IMG/VR virus record: IMGVR_UViG_3300025653_000129
Span: 1-33,823 of that record
DNA: 33,823 bases
Direction: 5' to 3' (one strand)
From: a virus
Taxonomy: Duplodnaviria; Caudoviricetes
The translations under genes and the position numbers were made by a program. Under the pieces are notes generated by a model. It saw only the letters and a program-made list of their open reading frames with translations. It was not told the DNA's origin and searched no databases. Shown piece by piece: positions 17,439 to 26,436 of this stretch. Numbering within the stretch: the first letter of the stretch is position 1; each line of letters starts with the position of its first letter.

Positions 17439-18919
17439 TGGCTGGATACATTGGCGGCAAAGCGGTCAACCTTAGTACCTCTGGGGCTGATATTAGTGGT
17501 ACAGCTAACCTAGACATTGTGGACATTGATGGTGCTGTGGATATGGCAACGACTGCCCTAGTAACAGGTGTCCTGACCACCACGGCTGCGCCTGTGTTTA
17601 ACGGTGGTTTTACTGCAAACGATGGATCAACCATTACAACTGCTGATAACACTACGCAGCTTACACTTATTTCTACAGATGCAGATGCTAATAAAGGACC
17701 AGCCTTAGATTTATATCGTAACTCAGGTAGTCCCGCTGCTGGTGACGATACAGGTAGAATTAACTTTCAAGGCGAAAATGATGCAGACGAAGCAGTTACC
17801 TATACACAAATTTTTACAGAGATAGTAGCAGTAGGAGATGGTGTAGAGAGTGGCAGATATAAAGTAGGCGCAATGTTAGCAGGAGATTTTGCCAGTCGTA
17901 TGGATATGACAGCATCTGAAACCGTTTTTAATGATGACAGTAAAGACCTAGACTTCCGTGTTGAGTCTGATGCCGATACTCACGCTTTCTTCGTCGAGGG
18001 TTCGACGGGCAACATAGGTATGTCATCTAGTAACCCAGACAGCAATACTCCACAGACACACAACCCCAATAAACTCAGCTTTGTTAATCATGCCACAGGC
18101 GGCACTCAATTTGTTGCAGGTAGGTCCGACACAACAGTAACCGCTGGTGAGTACATTGGTGGTTACTTATTCAAAACGAATGACAATAGTACCAATAAAT
18201 TCGGCGGCATGATTGCCACAGCGGATGATACCGCTGGCAACGGAAACTTAGAGTTTTTTGCTGTAGGCAATGCCTATGAGTCATCAACCACCTCAGAGGG
18301 GTCTATGCAGCTTGATGACTCTGGCGATTTGTATATCAGGGCTGGAGGTATAAAAGTAGGCAGAAGTCACGGTAGTGTTTATACTTCGACAGAGGAAGCT
18401 ATTACTATTTTCCATGCTGGGGATGGTAGTAACGACACCATAACTCAGGTTGTGGCAAGAGATGGCACTGGGAGTGACCAAGTATTTAGACACATGCGTC
18501 GAAACGTAGTTAAATCTAAGATTGAAGAAAACGGTGACTTTCAGTCAGCAACAAACTCCTACGGTGCTACATCAGATGGGCGTCTAAAAGAAAACATTGC
18601 TCCTGCCAGTTCCCAGTGGAATGACATTAAAGCACTGCAGTTCAAGAACTACTCTATGATTGATGCTGAGTTAGATGCACCAAATATGCTTGGCGTTATT
18701 GCTCAAGACCTTCAAGCCGCTGGTATGAATGGATTGGTGAAGCAGAACTTTAAGACTAATGCTGATGACGAACCAGTCTTAGATGCAGACGGCAATCAAG
18801 AAGAGTATCTTTCTGTAAAATACTCTGTGTTGTACATGAAGGCTGTTAAAGCACTGCAAGAGGCTATGGCTAAGATTGAAGCATTAGAGGCCAGAGTGAC
18901 GGCATTGGAGGAAGTATAA
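17438..18919 (+). CDS. Tail fibre/spike with C-terminal intramolecular chaperone (peptidase S74-like)
   Basis: SDGRLKENI autocleavage motif, GVIAQDL, terminal coiled coil VKALQEAMAKIEALEARVTALE. Confidence 0.88.
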   Translation: MAGYIGGKAVNLSTSGADISGTANLDIVDIDGAVDMATTALVTGVLTTTAAPVFNGGFTANDGSTITTADNTTQLTLISTDADANKGPALDLYRNSGSPAAGDDTGRINFQGENDADEAVTYTQIFTEIVAVGDGVESGRYKVGAMLAGDFASRMDMTASETVFNDDSKDLDFRVESDADTHAFFVEGSTGNIGMSSSNPDSNTPQTHNPNKLSFVNHATGGTQFVAGRSDTTVTAGEYIGGYLFKTNDNSTNKFGGMIATADDTAGNGNLEFFAVGNAYESSTTSEGSMQLDDSGDLYIRAGGIKVGRSHGSVYTSTEEAITIFHAGDGSNDTITQVVARDGTGSDQVFRHMRRNVVKSKIEENGDFQSATNSYGATSDGRLKENIAPASSQWNDIKALQFKNYSMIDAELDAPNMLGVIAQDLQAAGMNGLVKQNFKTNADDEPVLDADGNQEEYLSVKYSVLYMKAVKALQEAMAKIEALEARVTALEEV

Positions 18920-18920
18920 C

Positions 18921-19385
18921 ATGGCTGGATATTTAGGCGCTATACCTGTCCCGCAGGCTACACAAACGCGACAGACCTTCACGGCTACCTCTGGGCAAAC
19001 TAGCTTTGCTACGGCGGGCTATACGGCGGGCTTCGTGGATGTCTATATGAACGGCGTGAGGCTGGTCGATGGCACCGATTTCACGGCTACCAACGGTTCT
19101 GACGTTGTGCTGACATCTGGCGCTGCCACTGGCGACATCATCGATTTGCTGATGTTCACGGCGGTTGACCTTGCGACTGCGGTTGGCGGGGGTCGCTACA
19201 AAGGCGAGCGCGGTACGGTTGGCCCTGCGGCTGCGGCTGGTGACATCTTTCGTGTGTCTGAGCAAACCCTTAACACAAATGTAACCATCGACGCGACAGA
19301 GAACGCTTCTGCTACTGGCCCCTTGGCTGTAGCATCAGGTGTTACGCTAACAGTCGCAAGCGGAGGGAACTTGTCCATTGTCTGA
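18921..19385 (+). CDS. Tail fibre connector-like protein
   Basis: 154 aa; MAGYLG start, TATSGQTSF, VDVYMNGVRL..GTDFTATNG domain, C-terminal beta segment. Confidence 0.75.
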   Translation: MAGYLGAIPVPQATQTRQTFTATSGQTSFATAGYTAGFVDVYMNGVRLVDGTDFTATNGSDVVLTSGAATGDIIDLLMFTAVDLATAVGGGRYKGERGTVGPAAAAGDIFRVSEQTLNTNVTIDATENASATGPLAVASGVTLTVASGGNLSIV

Positions 19386-19770
19386 TATTAGAGCAAATAC
19401 GATAAGCGCAGCAAATGGGACTGACCCCGTTACGCTGACTAAGCAGAGTGCTTCTAAGGCTCATTGTACTTTTAATGGCACTGGCACTATTGCTGTAAGT
19501 GGTACGAGTTTTAATATATCTTCACTAACGGATAACGGCACTGGTTTGTATCGCACAAATTTTACAAACAATATGGAAGATGGAGAGCATGTAGATGCTT
19601 TTGCTTGTCGTGAAAACACATCATCTGATGGCGGTGATATAAACAGGGTAGCTAATTACAATAGGGTAAGTCAGGCGGCTTCTTACACTGACTTAACTAC
19701 ACAAACAAGTTTAACAACTCCAGTTGATGTGGCTCGGATTTGTGTTGTTACGCATGGAGGTCTAGCATGA
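19378..19770 (+). CDS. Fibre-tip/adhesin-like protein, paralogue 1
   Basis: TTG start with GGAGGG upstream; SASKAHCTFNGTGT, FNISSLTDNGTG; ends HGGLA. Confidence 0.72.
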   Translation: MSDIRANTISAANGTDPVTLTKQSASKAHCTFNGTGTIAVSGTSFNISSLTDNGTGLYRTNFTNNMEDGEHVDAFACRENTSSDGGDINRVANYNRVSQAASYTDLTTQTSLTTPVDVARICVVTHGGLA

Positions 19771-20108
19771 GTACACTAACGGTCACAAACATCCAAGCCA
19801 CGGGTGAAACAGCTAGTCGTGCAGTGTCAGGCGTTGCGGCGGCGTTATTGTTTTATGGAAGCCAAGCTATAATTGGCTCAAGAAACATTAGTTCTGTAGC
19901 CGATATTGGCACAGGCCAGTTAACAATTAGTTTTTCAAACCACTTTGCAGATGACGATTGGGTTGGGCATCACACGACAGAAGATGAGCAGCCATATATA
20001 AACACAAACAGGACAGCCTCTGGGGTTACTTTAGTTAACAAAACCAGAACAGATGCTACTTCGGACTGTAGTGATGGAAATGCCACAATACACGGAGACT
20101 TAGCATGA
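19767..20108 (+). CDS. Fibre-tip/adhesin-like protein, paralogue 2
   Basis: Start moved to ATG 19767 (ATGA overlap, GGAGG RBS); RNISSVADIGTG; ends HGDLA. Confidence 0.75.
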   Translation: MSTLTVTNIQATGETASRAVSGVAAALLFYGSQAIIGSRNISSVADIGTGQLTISFSNHFADDDWVGHHTTEDEQPYINTNRTASGVTLVNKTRTDATSDCSDGNATIHGDLA

Positions 20109-20479
20109 GTACGTTAAACGTTTCCAACATCACCGATGGCACAGATACAGTCGGCACCAGCTATGTGGTCAATGGGTCTGCAAAGGCTTGGGTAAACTTT
20201 AATGGGACTGGGACCATTGCTATACGGGACAGCATGAATATTGGTAGCCTAACGGATAATGGCACAGGCGATTATAATGTTAATTTCAGTGCTAACATGG
20301 CAAACTCAAATTATTGCGCAGTTCTGGGTCATAGGGGCAATAGGCCCGGTGATGGCGATAACGGGCTGTCTGGTTATGCTGCATCAACTTATGAACTAAA
20401 CTCACGCTCAGGAAACCAAGACTCTTCGAAAGAGGATAGTGACCGTATGCACAGTTCAATATTCGGAGACCTAGCATGA
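20105..20479 (+). CDS. Fibre-tip/adhesin-like protein, paralogue 3
   Basis: GSAKAWVNFNGTGT, MNIGSLTDNGTG; ends FGDLA. Confidence 0.78.
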   Translation: MSTLNVSNITDGTDTVGTSYVVNGSAKAWVNFNGTGTIAIRDSMNIGSLTDNGTGDYNVNFSANMANSNYCAVLGHRGNRPGDGDNGLSGYAASTYELNSRSGNQDSSKEDSDRMHSSIFGDLA

Positions 20480-20901
20480 GCCACCTCTGGGATCGCCTAG
20501 CAGAAGCTAAGTCACGCCTTGCACCTGTGCAGTCGAAGTATCGTGTGCTGTTCGAAGACCCGACACAGCCTGATGCTCCTGCCGCTGTGCTTGTGCCTGA
20601 CCCTAACTGGATGGCTGCTGCACTGGCTGGTGGTGTACTGCCACCCATCGACACATACCTTCGTGACCAGAACGTACCAGACGGACAGCCCAAAGAGCAT
20701 CCGTATGCTGAGCCTATCCCTGCTATGACTGAAGAAGAGGCGATTGAGTACCTCATTATGAAAGACATCCCGCCGCAAGTGTGGCGTGACTACCAAGGCA
20801 ACAGAGCAGTCATGAAGATTGTACCTGTAGAATTGATCCCATCGGATCGTAGTTTCCGCAATGCGTGGAAGATTAATCAAGAAATGGAGATGGCAGCATG
20901 A
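20476..20901 (+). CDS. Hypothetical fibre-associated protein (possible assembly factor)
   Basis: 141 aa; MTEEEAIEYLIMKDIP, PSDRSFRNAW. Confidence 0.78.
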   Translation: MSHLWDRLAEAKSRLAPVQSKYRVLFEDPTQPDAPAAVLVPDPNWMAAALAGGVLPPIDTYLRDQNVPDGQPKEHPYAEPIPAMTEEEAIEYLIMKDIPPQVWRDYQGNRAVMKIVPVELIPSDRSFRNAWKINQEMEMAA

Positions 20902-21245
20902 CCACTTACATCAATATCAACGGTGATGTCCGTGAGGCATCTTCTCTGGTCGTACCAGCGGATCGCACCTTTCGTGGCGCTTGGTCATTTAATGGCGATG
21001 CTGTCGAAGTAGACATGACAGCGGCAAAGGCCATCCACAAGGACAACCTACGCGCAGAACGTGCGCCTCGCTTGGCTGACTTGGACGTAGAGTACATGAA
21101 GGCTCTTGAAGCTGGTACAGGCGCTGATGCTATTGCTGCACAAAAGGCAACGCTACGTGACATCACAGACGATGCTCGCATTGATGCTGCGGCAAACCCT
21201 GATGCGCTGAAGGCATTGGACTTGGCTACCCTGTTGGGAGAATAA
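20898..21245 (+). CDS. Putative tail fibre assembly protein
   Basis: 115 aa; DRTFRGAW, LRAERAPRLADLD, KATLRDIT resembling Tfa-type chaperone C-termini. Confidence 0.6.
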   Translation: MTTYININGDVREASSLVVPADRTFRGAWSFNGDAVEVDMTAAKAIHKDNLRAERAPRLADLDVEYMKALEAGTGADAIAAQKATLRDITDDARIDAAANPDALKALDLATLLGE

Positions 21246-21248
21246 GCT

Positions 21249-22313
21249 ATGAGTAAAGCAAGACAAAACGCCAACATATCCCCTGCTGTTGGTCGCAATA
21301 TGGTAATCAATGGTTCCATGAACGTGGCCGCTAGAAGTTCGTCTGTGGCAGACTTGGGTGCTACTGATGGTTATTTTACTGTAGATAGATTTGCTTTAGC
21401 TGGAGGTAATACTGCCGGTCGTTTAACAATGTCACAAACAGCGGATGGGCCAAATGGTATTTCTGCTAATTGTCTTAAACTAGACTGCACTACTGCTGAT
21501 ACATCTATAGCTGCTTCTGAGTTCTTACATATTCAGCAGAGATTTGAAGGCCAAAACCTACAACGCATTGGTAAAGGGGTTGTTGGAGCAAAACAAATTA
21601 CGTTAAGTTTTTACGTTAAAGCTAATGCTGCATTTACGTTTGGCTGTGAGCTTTTTGATAATGATAATACCCGACAAATAACTAAATTGTATAATACTAC
21701 AACGGATTGGGTTAGACATGAAATTACATTCCCTGCTGATGTAGATGATGGTAGTAGTCCTTTTGATGACGATAATGCAGTAAGTTTATATTTATTATTT
21801 TGGTTACACGCAGGTTCTAATTTTACAAGTGGCACACTAAACACAGCATCATGGGCTAATGTTACAAATGCTAATCGTGCCGCTGGCATAGACAGCTTCT
21901 TCAGCAGCACTGACAACAACTTCTTCATCACAGGCGTACAGATGGAAGTCGGTCCAGTGGCTACAGATTTTGAGCAAGAAGAAATAAGTACCACGATAGC
22001 TAAGTGCCAGAGGTATTTTCAAACAGTATTAAAGGCTTATGGAGTTGTCCATAGTTGCAATACATCAGGAAATGCCTACGCTAATATTAATTTTGTTTCA
22101 AAAATGAGAGCAGCCCCTTCTATCACAATGGGTGCTGCAAATACAGCTCAACTGTACGAGAAAAATGCAAACAGAGGGGTATCTGCATTTACTGCCCAAA
22201 ATATTCAAGCTGAGAATTACCAGCTTCACACGCAAACAAGTGGTGCAACGGCAGGTAGTGCAGCACATCTGGATATTACCCCGTTACTTTATCAAGCCGA
22301 TGCGGAGTTATAG
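21249..22313 (+). CDS. Tail fibre/adhesin with carbohydrate-binding-like domain
   Basis: 354 aa; RNMVINGSMNVAAR, VDRF, ITLSFYVK, ITGVQMEVGPVATDFE, CQRYF; ends ADAEL. Confidence 0.75.
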   Translation: MSKARQNANISPAVGRNMVINGSMNVAARSSSVADLGATDGYFTVDRFALAGGNTAGRLTMSQTADGPNGISANCLKLDCTTADTSIAASEFLHIQQRFEGQNLQRIGKGVVGAKQITLSFYVKANAAFTFGCELFDNDNTRQITKLYNTTTDWVRHEITFPADVDDGSSPFDDDNAVSLYLLFWLHAGSNFTSGTLNTASWANVTNANRAAGIDSFFSSTDNNFFITGVQMEVGPVATDFEQEEISTTIAKCQRYFQTVLKAYGVVHSCNTSGNAYANINFVSKMRAAPSITMGAANTAQLYEKNANRGVSAFTAQNIQAENYQLHTQTSGATAGSAAHLDITPLLYQADAEL

Positions 22314-22315
22314 TT

Positions 22316-22498
22316 ATGGATAGTTCAATGACAATTTTATCGGCACAATATATAGCAATAGATAATGTAAATGATACAGTTAAAGCCACTATAGACGGAC
22401 AAGAGCTATCAGTCCCACTAGACCCAGCCAACAGACACTACGCAGAGATACTACGCCAAGTAGAAGCTGGCACACTAACCATTGCAGATGCTGACTGA
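22316..22498 (+). CDS. Small fibre-associated protein
   Basis: 60 aa; VPLDPANRHYAEI...GTLTIADAD; follows the fibre gene. Confidence 0.78.
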   Translation: MDSSMTILSAQYIAIDNVNDTVKATIDGQELSVPLDPANRHYAEILRQVEAGTLTIADAD

Positions 22499-22845
22499 TG
22501 TTAGGTTTTTCCCCACTAGCTGACAACTCTATCGCGGGGTTTGACACGCTAAACTCTACGGTGACGGGAGTTCAAGCTACTGGTGCCGTGGGAACAGTAA
22601 GCGTTGACACAGAAATATCTGTAACAGGCGTTCAAGCCACAAGCGCGGTTGGAACGGTCAGCGTTTCTGCAGAAATATCTGTAACAGGCGTTCAAGCCAC
22701 GGGCCTTATTACGAAGGCACTTGTTTGGGGACAGATTACACCTTCTCAGTCTTCAAGTTTTTCTGCGATTACACCTTCTCAGTCTTCAAGTTTTTCTGCG
22801 ATTACACCTTCTCAGTCTCCAAGCTGGGAGGATATCGCTGCGTAG
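22498..22845 (+). CDS. Repeat-containing structural protein
   Basis: 115 aa; VTGVQAT x3 and ITPSQS x3; TGATG overlap. Confidence 0.75.
   Translation: MLGFSPLADNSIAGFDTLNSTVTGVQATGAVGTVSVDTEISVTGVQATSAVGTVSVSAEISVTGVQATGLITKALVWGQITPSQSSSFSAITPSQSSSFSAITPSQSPSWEDIAA
22561..22700 (+). repeat. Imperfect 60-bp tandem repeat (about 2.3 copies)
   Basis: AGAAATATCTGTAACAGGCGTTCAAGCCAC identical at 22611 and 22671; 20-aa period. Confidence 0.9.
22734..22823 (+). repeat. 33-bp tandem repeat (2 exact copies plus a partial third)
   Basis: GATTACACCTTCTCAGTCTTCAAGTTTTTCTGC at 22734 and 22767, partial at 22800. Confidence 0.95.
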
Positions 22846-22874
22846 TTGCTTAGAAGCAGAAGTATGGGTATAGT
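22846..22874 (+). promoter_or_regulatory. Sigma70-like promoter upstream of the 22904 fibre gene
   Basis: TTGCTT (22846-22851), 17-nt spacer, TATAGT (22869-22874) in one of the few intergenic gaps; GAGG RBS follows. Confidence 0.6.
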
Positions 22875-22903
22875 ATATTTAAATTTATGGTTGAGGTCAC
22901 ATC

Positions 22904-24229
22904 ATGGCTACATACACTAGCGCCAACGCAATTAAAAAAATATCTACTGGTGATGAATCAGGCACATGGGGCGATAGCACCAATAACAACTTTGATATTA
23001 TAGATCGTGCGGCCAACGGCTTTGTTTCGATTGCTTTGTCCAGCACTTCTTACACGCTGTCGTTGTCCACTACGGCGGTCCTGTCTGATGGTCATTACAA
23101 GGCTGTAAACTTTACGGGAACTCCGGGCGGTACATGCACTGTTACTTTAGAGCAAAACAACAAAGCTCGAATGTACATGATCGTTAATAGCACAAACCAA
23201 AGTTTGTCCATTACGCAAGGGTCTGGTGCCAACGTCACGATAGCCGCTACAAAGTCGGCTATTGTTCTAGCTGACGGCGCGGGTTCTGGGGCCGCAGTCA
23301 CAGATTTCACAGCGGTTCTTAGTGCGCTGACGGAGCTTGATGTAACTGCGGGTACAGTTAGTGCCAGCAAAGCGGTTGTTGTTGACAGCAACAAAGACAT
23401 TACGGGCTTTAGAAACGTCACAATGACGGGCGAGTTGGACGCGGCAACGCTAGACATTAGCGGTGACGCGGACATAGACGGGACCACAAACTTAGATATT
23501 GTGGACATAGATGGCGCGGTAAACATTGCGGCTGCTACAACGATAGCCACCAATAATAAAATACAGTTTCGTGATACGGCTATATATATTCAATCCAGCG
23601 CGGACGGTCAGTTAGATATTGTTGCGGACACTGAGGTGCAGATTGCAGCAACCACGATTGATATAAACGGTGCGGTGGCTTTAAACGGTGCGATTACAGG
23701 GGCTACTAACATTGCCCTGTCAGGTGCGATTACAGGGGCTACTAACATTACCCTGTCAGGAGAGTTAGACGCCGCAACCTTAGATATATCGGGTAATGCG
23801 GACATTGACGGCACTCTTGAGACTGACGCTTTATCCCTCAACGGCACCGCAGTTACTAGCACCGCAGCAGAATTAAACGTAATGGACGGTGGAACATCTG
23901 CTTCTAACATTACTATCGTAGACGCAGATCAGTTTGTTGTAAACGACAATGGCACGATGAAGCAAGTTGCTGCTACTAAAGTAGCGGCTTATACGGCTCC
24001 TAGCACAACTTATGGAGATGTTGGCACTTACGTTTTTGCCAACCGATTTACTGTGCTAAGTGGTGCGATTGTTCCCGGCGACACATATGCAGGTAGCACT
24101 CTCAAGCCAGCCGCAACAGATAGTGCTCAAGGGGTCGGGAATGCTCTATCCGGCACTTGGCGAGCAATGGGATATGCGGGTGGGCGACAAGGGTATTTTC
24201 CAACAACTCTCTTCGTGAGGGTGTCATAA
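22904..24229 (+). CDS. Tail fibre protein 2
   Basis: 441 aa; GDESGTWGDSTNNN N-terminus, LDISGxADIDGT shaft units shared with fibre 1, C-terminal GDVGTY...LSGTWRAMG tip. Confidence 0.82.
   Translation: MATYTSANAIKKISTGDESGTWGDSTNNNFDIIDRAANGFVSIALSSTSYTLSLSTTAVLSDGHYKAVNFTGTPGGTCTVTLEQNNKARMYMIVNSTNQSLSITQGSGANVTIAATKSAIVLADGAGSGAAVTDFTAVLSALTELDVTAGTVSASKAVVVDSNKDITGFRNVTMTGELDAATLDISGDADIDGTTNLDIVDIDGAVNIAAATTIATNNKIQFRDTAIYIQSSADGQLDIVADTEVQIAATTIDINGAVALNGAITGATNIALSGAITGATNITLSGELDAATLDISGNADIDGTLETDALSLNGTAVTSTAAELNVMDGGTSASNITIVDADQFVVNDNGTMKQVAATKVAAYTAPSTTYGDVGTYVFANRFTVLSGAIVPGDTYAGSTLKPAATDSAQGVGNALSGTWRAMGYAGGRQGYFPTTLFVRVS
23687..23758 (+). repeat. 36-bp tandem duplication within fibre 2
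   Basis: GGTGCGATTACAGGGGCTACTAACATT(G/A)CCCTGTCA x2, one mismatch; encodes GAITGATNI(A/T)LS. Confidence 0.95.
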
Positions 24230-26436
24230 TGCCGCTTACAGACCTTAAATTTAAACCCGGAATAAACAAAGAGATTACGCCGTACTCTGAAGAAAACGGT
24301 TGGGTTGATTGTGATAAGGTAAGGTTTCGGTTTGGCTTTCCTGAAAAGCTAAACGGTTGGGAAAAAAATTCTAATAATGCTTTCTTGGGCCTGTGTCGTG
24401 GATTGCATGAGTTTGTTGCCCTAAGCGGCGAAAAGTTTCTAGGCGTTGGAACTCAAGAAAAGTTTTACATTAAACAGGGTACAGCATTTAAGGACGTTAC
24501 CCCTATTCGCCTTACTACTAGCGCAGGAGACGTTACATTTGCTGCAACAAATGGATCGGCTGTTCTCACTGTAACAGATACAAATCACGGCTGTATAGTA
24601 AACGACTTTGTAACTTTTTCTGGCGCGGCAACATTGGGCGGAACAATTACAGCAAACGTCTTGAACCAAGAGTATCAAATTACAGAGGTTGTAAACGGAA
24701 GCACGTACAAAATATCGGCTAGAACCGTTAGCACAATAGAAAGTATTACGGTGTCTGGTGGTATAAGCGCCACAGCGGTCAATGCTAATGGCAGCGATAC
24801 GGGTAACGGCGGCGGTAGTGTTGTCGGCACTTATCAGATTGGCGCAGGATTAAACTCTTCTGTGCAAGGCGGCGTTGGTTGGGGCGTTGGACTTTGGGGC
24901 GGCACAACAGATGGTGCGTTGGTTGGTCAACTTAACGAAGCCTTAGATACCAGCGAGACTACGATCACCTTGGATAGCACAACGGGCATTGTGGCTAATG
25001 ACGTTATACTTGTGGACTCTGAGTTAATAAAAGTGGGTGGAATTAGTAGTAACGATTTAACTGGCTGTACTCGCGGTCACTTAGGAACCACTGCCGCTAC
25101 TCACGCTGATAATAGTGTCGTTCTTTTAGCTGTTGGCAACGCGGCAAGTTCAAACGACTTTGTTGGTTGGGGTCAGCCGATAAATACAGATTCAGTAAGT
25201 GCCGCAAGCACACTGCGTATTTGGACCCAAGATAACTTTGGTGAAGACTTAATTCTTAATGACCGTAACGGCTCAATCTATTATTGGGATAAAACAAACG
25301 GCGTAGGAACACGAGCCAAGGCTCTAACAGATAGCGGCTTGAGCCTCGGAACGCGCACCTCGGTTCCTACAGTGGCTTTACAGGTGTTACTCTCCGACAG
25401 GGATCGTCACGTTATTGCGTTTGGTGCGGATGGCCTTGGTGCATCCTCAACGGCCACTGATGGTGATGGGACTCAAGACCCTTTGCTTATACGGTTTAGT
25501 AGTCAGGAAAACCCTGTCCAGTGGTATCCAACAGCCAGTAATACAGCGGGTGATTTGCGCATAAGTTCTGGCTCCACTATTGTTCAAGCCGTTGAAACAC
25601 GTCAACAAATACTTGTGTTTACAGATGTTTCTATTCACGCGATGCAGTTTATTGGGCCACCGTTTACTTTTGGCATTAACTTAATTTCTGAAAATATTAC
25701 AATCGCTAGTCCCAAAGCTGCAATCGCGGTTGATGACCAAGTATTCTGGATGGGTGACGCAGAGTTTTACGCTTACTCAGGTGCAGTGCAGCGAATACCC
25801 TGCACAGTCAGGGACTTTGTGTTTGACGGCATGAACAGGGACCAAAAAGAAAAGGTTGTAGCTGGGGCTAATGTTTCCTTCTCGGAAGTGTGGTGGTTTT
25901 ATCCTTCTAACGATGCTGGCAACACCGAGAATGACCGTTATGTAGTGTATAACTACATGGAAAAGCTTTGGTTTATAGGAACTTTGGGACGCACTGCGTG
26001 GTTAGATCGTGGTATCTCTGCGTTTCCGATTTCTACATCTACAGATAACTTTTTGTTTGACCATGAAAAAGGAACTGAGGACGATGGGTCAGCTATGTCC
26101 ACGTTTATTGAGTCTGGTGACATGCGTATATCACAAGGCAATCAGTTTTCATTTATCAGTCGTGTAATTCCTGACGTTAATTTCAGGGAAACTACGGACA
26201 CATCTACGATGAATTTTATTTTGGAAACAAAGAACTTTCCGGGCCAAGTGGATCAGAACTCTTCTACAAACGCGGTTGCAAAAACGTCTGCAACTCCCAT
26301 CGACCAGTACACAAACCAGTATTTTACACGGTTGCGAGGCCGCAGCTTTACGTTGAAGGTGCAGTCCACTACGGAAAACGTGCTTTGGCGCTTGGGTGTG
26401 CCTCGTATTGAAATAAGACCAGACGGGAGGCGCTGA
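24229..26436 (+). CDS. Putative tail nozzle/hub protein (P22 gp10 / T7 gp12-like role)
   Basis: Start moved to ATG 24229 (TAATG overlap; MPLTDLKFKPG); 735 aa beta-rich; IRFSSQE, EVWWFYPS, RTAWLD; ends RPDGRR; precedes ejection proteins. Confidence 0.7.
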   Translation: MPLTDLKFKPGINKEITPYSEENGWVDCDKVRFRFGFPEKLNGWEKNSNNAFLGLCRGLHEFVALSGEKFLGVGTQEKFYIKQGTAFKDVTPIRLTTSAGDVTFAATNGSAVLTVTDTNHGCIVNDFVTFSGAATLGGTITANVLNQEYQITEVVNGSTYKISARTVSTIESITVSGGISATAVNANGSDTGNGGGSVVGTYQIGAGLNSSVQGGVGWGVGLWGGTTDGALVGQLNEALDTSETTITLDSTTGIVANDVILVDSELIKVGGISSNDLTGCTRGHLGTTAATHADNSVVLLAVGNAASSNDFVGWGQPINTDSVSAASTLRIWTQDNFGEDLILNDRNGSIYYWDKTNGVGTRAKALTDSGLSLGTRTSVPTVALQVLLSDRDRHVIAFGADGLGASSTATDGDGTQDPLLIRFSSQENPVQWYPTASNTAGDLRISSGSTIVQAVETRQQILVFTDVSIHAMQFIGPPFTFGINLISENITIASPKAAIAVDDQVFWMGDAEFYAYSGAVQRIPCTVRDFVFDGMNRDQKEKVVAGANVSFSEVWWFYPSNDAGNTENDRYVVYNYMEKLWFIGTLGRTAWLDRGISAFPISTSTDNFLFDHEKGTEDDGSAMSTFIESGDMRISQGNQFSFISRVIPDVNFRETTDTSTMNFILETKNFPGQVDQNSSTNAVAKTSATPIDQYTNQYFTRLRGRSFTLKVQSTTENVLWRLGVPRIEIRPDGRR

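Larger units (their letters stand above)
19756..20480 (+). repeat. Three dispersed 16-nt junction repeats, GGAG(G/A)(T/C)(C/T)TAGCATGAG
   Basis: GGAGGTCTAGCATGAG at 19756, GGAGACTTAGCATGAG at 20094, GGAGACCTAGCATGAG at 20465; each holds RBS, stop and start. Confidence 0.85.

Noticed and set aside
19378-22313. Diversity-generating retroelement or invertase-type shufflon acting on fibre tips
   Set aside because: No reverse transcriptase or recombinase in the window, no TR/VR pair differing only at adenines seen, and junction repeats are direct rather than inverted
22734-22823. 33-bp direct repeats as a possible mini-CRISPR array
   Set aside because: Copies are contiguous with no spacers, in frame within a CDS, and there are no cas genes
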